A stretch of 64,000 nt of DNA from an uncultured delta proteobacterium (GTDB lineage Bacteria; Desulfobacterota; Desulfomonilia; UBA1062), in the NCBI GenBank assembly GCA_963798485.1, contig CAWCTR010000014.1, forward strand, positions 128,001 through 192,000, in the 5' to 3' direction. A program made the translations under genes and the position numbers. Of this stretch, positions 51,287-60,106 are shown piece by piece. The notes below the pieces were generated by a model. The model ran no database searches and was not told the origin of the DNA. It worked only from the letters and a program-made list of their open reading frames with translations. How positions within the stretch are numbered: the stretch's first letter is position 1; each line of letters opens with the position of its first letter.

Positions 51287-51544
51287 GTCTTCCTTAACAG
51301 CGAACAGGTCAGCAACCAGAGAGCAGAGGCATTAACCCCTTTGCTCTTTTTTTGTTCACAAGGCTATTTACAGCCCGTATGAGCCCGATGGTGAGGTTTC
51401 TTTGGCAGGGTTGAGGGATTACATCATGGCAAACTATACCCACTTTCCACGACCTCAATACATGCTCTTTATTACACAGTGGCAATCGTATGCCTTGACT
51501 ATACTTCCCACTTAACGTAGACCATAGTTACACTGGAGGTCGCT

Positions 51545-51943
51545 ATGTTGAACAAGGTTAATCTATCAAGATTACAAGAGAAGTTTGGCATTCTGGTTCG
51601 TGACTATCTGCATAAGAACAACATGAACCAGTTGGAACTATCGATTAAGCTGGGGTTCCCCAACTCCAGGTTATCAGATCTGTTATCGAAGGCTGCTCAG
51701 ACATCCCAGTACAGGAAACCGTTAACAGCTTACTATCTCATATCCTTCATCGAGGGCGGTGTCATGTCAGCAGATGACATCTATGACGGACAGGGCGATG
51801 ATGATCCGAGGGAAAAAGGATTCTGGAGGGTTGCAAGGGTTCTCTCCAACACGAAGGTTAATGAACTGATTGACCAGATCCTTAAGCGTGATTACAACCT
51901 GATACCCGTATTACAAGGTATTCTTGCAAGCCTGGAGAAGTAG
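51545..51943 (+). CDS. XRE-like HTH transcriptional regulator
   Basis: NMNQLELSIKLGFPNSRLSDLL HTH pattern; SD GGAGG. Confidence 0.7.
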   Translation: MLNKVNLSRLQEKFGILVRDYLHKNNMNQLELSIKLGFPNSRLSDLLSKAAQTSQYRKPLTAYYLISFIEGGVMSADDIYDGQGDDDPREKGFWRVARVLSNTKVNELIDQILKRDYNLIPVLQGILASLEK

Positions 51944-52026
51944 CCGATCAAGCCAGAGCACACCAACCATTAATAAGAACTACCACAAGGAAATTACTAC
52001 TGTGCCATTTTGCCCTCACCAGATTG

Positions 52027-52340
52027 ATTGCCAAGGTGTATGTTTAGGCCAGAAAGGAGGTCATGGCGATCATGGCAACACCATTGTAAATTATTTTCTA
52101 ATGTAGTCATTTTGTCCTTATGAAATTAATTGCCAAGGTGTATGTTTAGGCCAGAAAGGAGGTCATACATGAAAAAAGTCGTCAAGTACCGCAAGACTCG
52201 TGCTCATCGAAGGACATGCTCCCAATGGGGAGAGGACAGAAGGAGTGTTGACTATCATTGGAACCCTTTTTTTATCAGTACAATTGCCAACATGTAATTA
52301 CGCCCTTGTGAGTATTGCTTGCCAAGGTGTATGTCAGGGC
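52027..52340 (+). repeat. 38-bp direct repeat x2 plus two partial copies
   Basis: ATTGCCAAGGTGTATGTTTAGGCCAGAAAGGAGGTCAT at 52027 and 52129; partial copies near 52283 and 52319. Confidence 0.9.
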
Positions 52341-52428
52341 TATGGAGAATACAAACTTAGTTGAAGCAATACGAGGCTATGGGGATTCTACAGCAAAGAC
52401 TATGCATAACTGGCAGCAGGGGAGAGAG

Positions 52429-52794
52429 ATGAACTTTGTAAAGATTGACCCAAAGCACATGAGCAAACGAGATGCATTCATATCTTGGGAGATGCTCTAC
52501 TCTATGGCCTTCATGTCTCTGAATGGCACAGAGATTAAGGTGTTACTGCATTTTTTGAAAGAGAGAACGCACGTTCAACGGGTCTACAGCACAGGCCCGT
52601 ATCCCTTCCCCATTGCTAAGGCTTTACGTTTGGGAATTGCCAAAGAAACATTCAGGCGAAGTCTCAGGGTACTTGAGGAAAAAGGGTTCATTGAGAAAGT
52701 GAGTAATGGCACAAATCTAGGAGGTAAGAAAAAGCCCTCTATGTACATGCTGATTGATGACTGGAAGGAGTATATAGACCCAATGTGCTCATAG
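52429..52794 (+). CDS. Winged-helix protein resembling phage/satellite replication initiator N-termini
   Basis: AFMSLNGTEIKVLLHF ... LGIAKETFRRSLRVLEEKGFIEKV ... PSMY. Confidence 0.65.
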   Translation: MNFVKIDPKHMSKRDAFISWEMLYSMAFMSLNGTEIKVLLHFLKERTHVQRVYSTGPYPFPIAKALRLGIAKETFRRSLRVLEEKGFIEKVSNGTNLGGKKKPSMYMLIDDWKEYIDPMCS

Positions 52795-53019
52795 TTGAGT
52801 ACCTAGATGTCCGCCCCGGGTTTAAAAACGTGCAATAATGCCGGGATAAGAGTAAGCAGAAGTAACGGAATAGAAAGCTGCATGTAGTTCATATGATTCC
52901 GGAAGGAACTTGAAGAGTTCCATATAATTCATATAATTCGGGAATTATCCTTATATATCCTATCAATTTCATTACAGTTGTGGTTTGCCTGCCCGAAAGA
53001 TCAGCAGGAGGTTTGCCAG

Positions 53020-53439
53020 ATGGAAGTCATCTGTTCGGGCTGCGGGAGGATTTTTGTAAGGAGCCCCAGGCACCCGGACCAGTCTTATTGCTCCAGATCG
53101 GAATGCCAGAGGAAGAGGAAAGCCCGGTGGCAGAAGCAGAAGATGATCACTGATGAGCATTACCGCCTCAATCAGAAGACAAGCCAGGATAAATGGATCA
53201 GGAAGAACCCCGGCTACTGGAAGAGGTATCGGCAGAGTAAGCCTGAGCAAGCTCAGAGGAACCGCCTGATGCAAATGATAAGGAACAGGCAGAGGAGAAG
53301 TCCCCGGCTGATTGCAAAGATGGACGCGTCAGAAATGAGGAAGGCCCGTCCATATGGGCAGTTTTACCTGGTGCCAGTGATTGCAAAGATGGACGCATTA
53401 AAAGTTAACATCTATGGGATATCAGCGTCTTATCCGTGA
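53020..53439 (+). CDS. IS21 accessory protein 1: Cys4 zinc-finger-like, highly basic
   Basis: CSGCG...YCSRSEC followed by a K/R-rich helix; IAKMDA twice; SD AGGAGG. Confidence 0.7.
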   Translation: MEVICSGCGRIFVRSPRHPDQSYCSRSECQRKRKARWQKQKMITDEHYRLNQKTSQDKWIRKNPGYWKRYRQSKPEQAQRNRLMQMIRNRQRRSPRLIAKMDASEMRKARPYGQFYLVPVIAKMDALKVNIYGISASYP

Positions 53440-53507
53440 TTGCAAAGAAGGACTCTATAGTCTTTTTGTCCCCATGTACCTTATCTCTGGGAACAAGGAG
53501 GCGTCTC

Positions 53508-53840
53508 ATGAAGAAGAAAGTGCTCGTCCCGGAGAAGGTAAGGAAGATTGAGGGAGGCTTCAGCTACATACCCCACCGGTTCATTACGGACGGATACCTC
53601 GAATCCCTGAATCAGAAAGAGCTGCTGCTTTACCTGTTCCTGGTGCTGGTTTCGGACCGGAACGGGTTATCATATTACAGCTACGACCGGATATGCACGA
53701 CGCTGGAGATGGACATCGAAGAATACCTTACGGCAAGGGATTCCCTGATTAGGCAAAAGCTCATCGCCTTCGACGGTACGCTGTTCCAGGTGCTGGAGCT
53801 GCCCTCGATCCGGCATGAGAGTGAGGCCCGCCATGCTTGA
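53508..53840 (+). CDS. IS21 accessory protein 2: winged-helix protein
   Basis: FSYIPHRF...ELLLYLFLVLVSDRNGLSYYSYDRICTTL...LIAF; SD GGAGG; overlaps the istA start. Confidence 0.75.
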   Translation: MKKKVLVPEKVRKIEGGFSYIPHRFITDGYLESLNQKELLLYLFLVLVSDRNGLSYYSYDRICTTLEMDIEEYLTARDSLIRQKLIAFDGTLFQVLELPSIRHESEARHA

Positions 53841-55305
53841 TCGGAGAATCGTGTTCGAGATCCACCGGCTGAAGAACCTTGGGCTGAAAAACATAAAGAT
53901 AGCTCAGGATCTGGGTATCAACCGGGATACGGTGAGCCTGTACCTCAGGAAGCCCGAGAGACGCCCTGCCGTGAGGAAGAGATCCTCCAAGTTGGACCCG
54001 TTCAAGCCCTTTATTGACGGCATCCTGGAAGAACATGCCGGTGTGCCTGGAACAGTGATCTTTTTACGTCTGAGAGAGCGGGGTTATACCGGGGGTATCA
54101 CCATCCTCACGGATTACCTCAGGAATAAGAAGAGGGAACCCTCCACACGCAAGGCGTTCATACGCTTCGAGTCCGATCCGGGCAGGCAGATGCAGATCGA
54201 CTGGGGCCACTTCGGAGTGCTTGATTACGGGAATGCTAAGAGACGGCTTTCCGCCTTCGTCATAATCGAGTCATACTCCCGGATGATCTACGTAGAGTTT
54301 ACCCACAGCCAGAAGCAGGCCCTTCTGCACCGGTGTCTTCTCAATGCCTTTACCTTCTTCGGGGGTACGCCCCAGGAGCTCCTGGTCGACAACATGATCT
54401 CGGCAGTAATCGAGAGGCAGGGGCCGCTGGTGAGGTTCAACGATGCCTTCCTGGACTTCCTTCGGCCGCTGAAGATAAACCCCGTAGCCTGCAACGTGAG
54501 GTCTCCTCAGGAGAAGGGCAAGGTGGAGAGGAGCATCGGTTACCTGCGGCAGAGCTTCTGGCCGCTCAGAGAGATCTCAAGCCTTGCAGATGCCAATGCC
54601 CAGGTAAGGCTGTGGCTTGATGAGGTCGCTAACGTGAGGGTGCACGGTGGCACCGGAGATAAGCCAGCGGAACGCTTCAAGGGCGTGAGGTTAAGGCCGC
54701 TGCCCGAGAACCTGCCCGACTGCTCCGAGACGCTCAGTGTGTTCGTGCATAAGGACTTCGCCGTGAGATTCGACGGCAACGACTATACGGTGCCGCCGTG
54801 GACAGTGGGCAGGAGAGTTCTCCTGAAGGCGGACAACGATGCGGTACGCATCTTCTTCAAGGACAAGGTAATAGCAACGCATCCACGATGCTGGGAGTAC
54901 AAGAAGAGGATCGAGGCTCCGGCTCATGCCGAGCAGGTCAGGAGACTGCAGAAAAGGCTCTGGCGGGATCGGGATATAGCCCTGTTCGCCTCTATGGGAG
55001 ATGAAGCCGCATCTTATCTTGAAGCACTGGCGGAAGCATCTCATCCGATCAAGAAGAACATATCGAGGCTGCTTGAGTTGAGGGATGAGTACGGGGTGGA
55101 ATCATTGCTCTATGCGATCAGGAAGGCCCTGCAGTTCAAGGCATACGGTGCTGACTACATCGAGAACATCCTCTACCAGGAGATGACCCCGAAGAGGGTG
55201 CACCCGCCGGTGAAGCTGGGCAATGAAGAACTCAACAGGATACGGCTCAGCATGCCTTCACTCGCTGAGTATGATGCTTATGCGGTCAAGAGAGGTGGCT
55301 CATGA
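53833..55305 (+). CDS. istA: IS21 transposase IstA
   Basis: HTH IAQDLGINRDTV, QMQIDWG, LVDNM, EKGKVER, YTVP. Confidence 0.95.
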   Translation: MLDRRIVFEIHRLKNLGLKNIKIAQDLGINRDTVSLYLRKPERRPAVRKRSSKLDPFKPFIDGILEEHAGVPGTVIFLRLRERGYTGGITILTDYLRNKKREPSTRKAFIRFESDPGRQMQIDWGHFGVLDYGNAKRRLSAFVIIESYSRMIYVEFTHSQKQALLHRCLLNAFTFFGGTPQELLVDNMISAVIERQGPLVRFNDAFLDFLRPLKINPVACNVRSPQEKGKVERSIGYLRQSFWPLREISSLADANAQVRLWLDEVANVRVHGGTGDKPAERFKGVRLRPLPENLPDCSETLSVFVHKDFAVRFDGNDYTVPPWTVGRRVLLKADNDAVRIFFKDKVIATHPRCWEYKKRIEAPAHAEQVRRLQKRLWRDRDIALFASMGDEAASYLEALAEASHPIKKNISRLLELRDEYGVESLLYAIRKALQFKAYGADYIENILYQEMTPKRVHPPVKLGNEELNRIRLSMPSLAEYDAYAVKRGGS

Positions 55306-56054
55306 TGGAAGATGTTATCCGGAAATGCAGAGAGTTGAAGCTCAAGGCGTGGGTGGAGGATCTTGAGCGGGTCATGGACGAGGCCTCCAAAAAGAACTCC
55401 CCGGTTCAGCGCATCATAGAACACCTTCTCGACCTGGAGATCGAGAAGAGGAGGAAGATCAGGATAGACACATGCTTCCGGTTCTCAAGGCTTGATGAGA
55501 AGCAGAGCATAGACCAGTTCGACTTCTCGTTCCATCCTTCCAGAAAAGCCAACAAGGCCAGAATCCTTAACCTTCTCGACCTGGAGTTCATCAGGGAGAG
55601 AAAAGACGTCATCCTCATCGGCAATCCCGGAGTGGGCAAGTCCTTCATCGCCAAGTGCCTGGCTTACGCCTCGACTCAGGCAGGCATAAAAACGCTGTTC
55701 GTATCCACCATGGAGATGATCAACCAGCTCATAGCGGCGGAGGGTGACAGGACCTTCCTGAAGAAGCTCCATTACTACCAGTCGTTCGACCTGCTGGTCT
55801 GCGACGAGATAGGCTATCTCCCCCTCGGGTCCCAGGGTTCCAACTTCTTCTTCCAGGTCATAAGCGCCCGCCATCAGAAGAAGTCCACACTCATCACCAC
55901 GAATCTGCCGTTTGCCGAGTGGGGGAACGTATTCGACAACACCACGGTCGCCACGGCTATTGCCGACAGGCTGGTACATAACTCCGAAATCATCATATTC
56001 GAGGGGCCAAGCTATCGAAAAAGAGACAGGAAAGAACAGAAGAAACCTGAATAG
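55302..56054 (+). CDS. istB: IS21 helper ATPase IstB
   Basis: GNPGVGKS, CDEIGYL, TTNLPF, IADRLVH. Confidence 0.95.
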   Translation: MMEDVIRKCRELKLKAWVEDLERVMDEASKKNSPVQRIIEHLLDLEIEKRRKIRIDTCFRFSRLDEKQSIDQFDFSFHPSRKANKARILNLLDLEFIRERKDVILIGNPGVGKSFIAKCLAYASTQAGIKTLFVSTMEMINQLIAAEGDRTFLKKLHYYQSFDLLVCDEIGYLPLGSQGSNFFFQVISARHQKKSTLITTNLPFAEWGNVFDNTTVATAIADRLVHNSEIIIFEGPSYRKRDRKEQKKPE

Positions 56055-56439
56055 GCCAGAAGGCATAAAGCTCGAAAGCCGTATTACAGAACGGCTTGAA
56101 AACCGGCCTGGCCGATCAAGTGCGGGTTCAGACATTCCCCGCTGTGCATCTTTATGCCCATCGCAACTGCCTGCCGATTTTTATCCCGGTATACTTGCCG
56201 GTTTTTAGACCGGCGCAGACATACCTAGATATATTACTTAATTATAATTATTAAAGATATCTTAAGATATATCTAGATACCCATATTTGAGTAAAATAAA
56301 TTTGGCATCAATAGTTAAACACATCAACCCCCACTGCTGCCCTATGATTACATTGACTATCGGGCCGTCTTGTTGCGGCCCTCTCTACTACTGGATATGT
56401 AACCAGCAGGGGAGAGAGTGAGGATCATACTTATGACAA

Positions 56440-56500
56440 TGTTCGGAAATGTTCGGAGTGTTCGATCTTGTTCGGATTTTGTTCGGATTTTGTTCGGAAC
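56440..56500 (+). repeat. Six tandem TGTTCG(G) units with 9-11 bp period
   Basis: TGTTCGGAAA TGTTCGGAG TGTTCGATCT TGTTCGGATTT TGTTCGGATTT TGTTCGGAAC. Confidence 0.85.
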
Positions 56501-56778
56501 GCATACATAACATAATATTCAAGCAGATTATGAGATTCACCTTATAAATTCAAGTAGTTCTTAAAGTTCCATCATTCCTTGATGGAAATCGATGAAACAC
56601 TGATTCGAGTAGAAACGAAAACTTCACCCAGCGCAGCCCCCTGCTGCCATAGACGGAGGAATTGCTAACCTTGCAAACTGAGTCCACATGCAGATCTGGG
56701 AGCATTAATGCTGCTCAAGCATTGATGTTTTCTCAGACAGAGTATACCGTTCCCTCAAAAAGGTTCAGGGGGGAGTGT

Positions 56779-57936
56779 ATGCTGGGGACTATTTTTCAAC
56801 GCAAGGATTGCAATCCACCGTTTTTTGTTGTTCGCTGGCCTTGGCAGGGGAAGCGGCACAACGTCAATTACCGTAATGGTAAGAAGATGTATATCCGTGA
56901 TCATGCTGTCATGCTCCTGGGGGAAATGAGATCCGAGGTTGATCGTGGGACATTCAGTCTCGATAAATTCCTACGCAGTTCAGGCAATGTCACAGTCTTC
57001 CTTCAAGATTGGATTGAGCAGTGTCAGCACAACTGGGGGAAAGGTACACTGATGGGGTATAATTCAATGATTCGGGTTCATCTTAATCCGTTCTTTGAGA
57101 AGAACCCCATATTATTGCATGAGATAAAGCCTCATCATATCCAGAAGTTAAGGGCAGAAATCAGGAAGCCCAGGACGGATAAAGAGGGCAATCCACTTAA
57201 GCCCATCACTCCCAAGGGTGAGAAGAACATAGTTGATTGTCTCGGTGCAGCCCTCCGATATGCTTATGACAATGAGCTCATTGACCGTATGCCCAAGATG
57301 CCCACCACGGATGATTACGGTATACAAGATCCTGGGCCAAAGTTCATCACCTTGGATCGTCAACGCAAGGTCATAGAGGCAATCCCAGCGCAGCACAGAC
57401 CTATATACTATTGGTTGGCATATCACATGAGGAGACCCTCAGAGGGCATGGTATTGAAGCTCGTCGATTGGCAGGAAGATAGGCTTTCATTCCTGATTCG
57501 CCGGGGCATGTCTGGTGGTGTGGAAGTAGAGCACACCAAGACCAAGGACATTTTTGAATGCCCTTGCCGTGATGAGTTCCTTCCCATCTTGAGGAACCTC
57601 ACAACTGCTTACCCGTTATCCCCTTACGTGTTCACATGTCGGGAGAGCCGTCATAAGGACAAGCGGTATACGAAAGAGATACTTAACAGATTATGGAATG
57701 AAGCTCGGGACTCGGTAGGCGAGACCGTAGAGCTATATGAGGGAACCAAACATTCCACTATGCAGAGCTATCTCGATGATGGGTATGATTATACCCAGGT
57801 GATGGAGATCTCCGGCCACAAAACATTGAAGGCTGTTCAGAGATATGCCCATTCCAGATTGGAAAGGAAGCGTGATCTACTCAATAGGAAGGTAGTGGAG
57901 CTACGGAACTCTCACGGAACTGTAAAAGCCCCGTAA
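56779..57936 (+). CDS. Tyrosine integrase of island A
   Basis: MRRPSEG, TKT, LYEGTKHS, SGHKTLKAVQRY; ends 16 bp from the tRNA 3' end; ORF track starts at 56662. Confidence 0.92.
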   Translation: MLGTIFQRKDCNPPFFVVRWPWQGKRHNVNYRNGKKMYIRDHAVMLLGEMRSEVDRGTFSLDKFLRSSGNVTVFLQDWIEQCQHNWGKGTLMGYNSMIRVHLNPFFEKNPILLHEIKPHHIQKLRAEIRKPRTDKEGNPLKPITPKGEKNIVDCLGAALRYAYDNELIDRMPKMPTTDDYGIQDPGPKFITLDRQRKVIEAIPAQHRPIYYWLAYHMRRPSEGMVLKLVDWQEDRLSFLIRRGMSGGVEVEHTKTKDIFECPCRDEFLPILRNLTTAYPLSPYVFTCRESRHKDKRYTKEILNRLWNEARDSVGETVELYEGTKHSTMQSYLDDGYDYTQVMEISGHKTLKAVQRYAHSRLERKRDLLNRKVVELRNSHGTVKAP

Positions 57937-57952
57937 CCCCTTGAAATTACTA

Positions 57953-58024
57953 TGGGCCGCGTAGGATTTGAACCTACGACTTCTACCGTGTGAAGGTAGC
58001 GCTCTCCCCCTGAGCTAGCGGCCC
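57953..58024 (-). tRNA. tRNA-Val (anticodon CAC), CCA not encoded
   Basis: GGGCCGCTAGCTCAGGGGGAGAGCGCTACCTTCACACGGTAGAAGTCGTAGGTTCAAATCCTACGCGGCCCA folds into a full cloverleaf. Confidence 0.97.
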
Positions 58025-58174
58025 GAGCCAATGCGAAAATCTATACAGTCCGGTCTGATACCTGTCAAGATGAAAACAAGCCCCGATGACTAAGGAATGA
58101 GGCATTTCCAGCAGGTTCAGGATGGGTCTTTAATGACTTTAAGGAACTGATGCCTAACACAAAAGAGAAACTCA

Positions 58175-60106
58175 TTACTCCATGGGTATGGAAAAGAAGA
58201 AAACCGATCCCTGGCCAAGCTTGGATCTAACCCAGATGTCACCACCCATTACGGCCAAGGCCTTTTTTACGATGGCAAGCCCGATGCCTGTGCCCTCCAC
58301 ATGGTTGTCCGATGCCCGGTAAAAGATGTCGAAGATATTGTTTGTATGTTCTTCGGATATCCCTGATCCATTATCCTTTACGGAAAAGATATGCATCTTG
58401 CTCTGAGGCTGGTACCCGATAAGGATCTCCAGATCCCTGCCGGGATGCGAATATTTTATGGCATTCGAAATGAGGTTGCTGAACACCTGTATCACCCGGA
58501 TCTTGTCCGCTTTTACGCAAGGCATGTTGTTTTCAATAACAATAGTCCCGTTTTTTTCATCAAGCTGGTTGGTCACTTCCATGATGATGTCATCGATGAT
58601 CTCTTTGATGGGAAACTCTTCTTTCTTGAGTCTAAGGTTTTCAACTGCAGAGAGCGTGAGAAGATTCGTGACAAAGGACTCCATGTGTTTACCGCTTTCG
58701 TGGATTGCCTCGATGTATTGGATTTCCTTTTCGGATAGTTTCTTCAATCCGGTCTTTATGAACCGCTCACAGAAGCCGTTAATGGCGATAATGGGGTTCT
58801 TCAGGTCATGCGATACGGTCGATACCAGGGTCCTGAGCTCCTCATTACGCTGGCGGATGAGGTTGAGGGCATCCTTTAGTTCCTCAGTGGTCTTGGATAT
58901 CTCCTGGAACAGCAGGATATTCTCCATGACCGTTCCCATATGCACCCCGATGGTGATGAGCAGCCGCTCATCCTCGGGCGATATGGTGCGCTGACCGAAG
59001 GACCCGATATTCATAACACCGATGAGCCTGGTTCTTGACTGCAGGGGGATGGATGCAAACGATCTTATGCCCTGTTTCTTGAAGGCAATGGAGCTGATGC
59101 GCGGATCTAAAGAGGCATTCTCAATAATCATGGGTGTGCCGCTCTGGGCGACCCTTCCGGCAATGCCCTCACCAATCTTGATCTCCTTTACGGTCTGTAT
59201 TACCTCATCGGGGATGCCGTATGAATATACACACCGCATGGCCTTTTTCTTTTCATCGAGGAGATAGACCCACCCTGCCTCGATGTTCATGATCTGCAGG
59301 ATCTGGACAAGGGTGTTCTGAAGCACTTCTTCGAGATCTACGGAGGAAGAGAGTGTCTTGGATATGCTATTGACGGCAGAGAGGTCCTGGTTCTGACGAA
59401 GGAGCCTCTTCTGCAGTAGTACCTTTTCAGTCACATCACGGAGCATGGCAATGGAGGTGCCGGGCCTGTCTTCTATAAAGTGGAAATTGCCCTCAAGTAT
59501 CTTCTGGCCTCCTTTGGTGTTTATTACTATTTGGGTAAAAAATTGTTTGGCGAATTTCTTCCGTAAGTTTGCAAGGTCATTCTTCCCTTTATCATCCACA
59601 AAATCAAAAATAGCCTTGCCAAGGATATCATCCTGGCCAGCCTCCATAATGGTGGTGAATGCAGGATTTGCAAAGGTGATGAAACCGTGGTTCAGTATAA
59701 GGATGGCATCAGGTGCATCTTCTATAAGCTTGCTGTATCTGCCTTCACGGGCCAAGCTCCCGCTTACGAAATCGCCGAGAAGCACAAAGAGGGAGTTCAG
59801 CCTGTATCCGGTGATGTTGATGAACCCTGATACCCGCACCCTCGGCGAGCTCAAGGTCTCTACAATGAGCGAGAAGGGTTTGTTTGTTTCAATGAGCCTC
59901 TTGAGCTTAGCCTCAAGCCTGTCATCAACAAGGAATTTGTGAAAGAGTTCATACAGCGATTTGCCTACAAAAGGCAGTTCCGAGGGTTCAATATTTGACT
60001 CTAAGAGCTTGTTTATGAAAATAACCGTTCCGCTTGTGTCAAAGGCGCATACGGCCAATGGAGCTGTATCGAAGACGGCCTTTACCTGGTCATAATGTTT
60101 ATTCAT
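58175..60106 (-). CDS. PAS/PAS/GAF sensor histidine kinase
   Basis: SHDLKNP H-box, NLISNAIKY, DNGSG, GTGIGL; GAF with GEGIAGRVA. Confidence 0.93.
   Translation of the reverse strand: MNKHYDQVKAVFDTAPLAVCAFDTSGTVIFINKLLESNIEPSELPFVGKSLYELFHKFLVDDRLEAKLKRLIETNKPFSLIVETLSSPRVRVSGFINITGYRLNSLFVLLGDFVSGSLAREGRYSKLIEDAPDAILILNHGFITFANPAFTTIMEAGQDDILGKAIFDFVDDKGKNDLANLRKKFAKQFFTQIVINTKGGQKILEGNFHFIEDRPGTSIAMLRDVTEKVLLQKRLLRQNQDLSAVNSISKTLSSSVDLEEVLQNTLVQILQIMNIEAGWVYLLDEKKKAMRCVYSYGIPDEVIQTVKEIKIGEGIAGRVAQSGTPMIIENASLDPRISSIAFKKQGIRSFASIPLQSRTRLIGVMNIGSFGQRTISPEDERLLITIGVHMGTVMENILLFQEISKTTEELKDALNLIRQRNEELRTLVSTVSHDLKNPIIAINGFCERFIKTGLKKLSEKEIQYIEAIHESGKHMESFVTNLLTLSAVENLRLKKEEFPIKEIIDDIIMEVTNQLDEKNGTIVIENNMPCVKADKIRVIQVFSNLISNAIKYSHPGRDLEILIGYQPQSKMHIFSVKDNGSGISEEHTNNIFDIFYRASDNHVEGTGIGLAIVKKALAVMGGDIWVRSKLGQGSVFFFSIPME

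Larger units (their letters stand above)
52808..56221 (+). mobile_element. Four-gene IS21-family element
   Basis: IRs TGTCCGCCCCGGGTTTAAAAAC / rc TGTCTGCGCCGGTCTAAAAAC; 8-bp TSD TACCTAGA (52800-52807, 56222-56229). Confidence 0.92.
39438..57972. mobile_element. Integrative element / genomic island A (~18.5 kb), tRNA-proximal
   Basis: Bounded by an att copy and the intact tRNA-Val; integrase abuts the tRNA; paired ACGGAAC repeats at both ends. Confidence 0.88.

Noticed and set aside
52027-52340. CRISPR array from the 38-bp repeats
   Set aside because: Only two full copies, a 64-bp gap, no palindrome, an embedded SD sequence and no cas genes in the window.
39438-57972. Prophage or conjugative ICE
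   Set aside because: No terminase, capsid, tail, T4SS or coupling-protein genes in either island.
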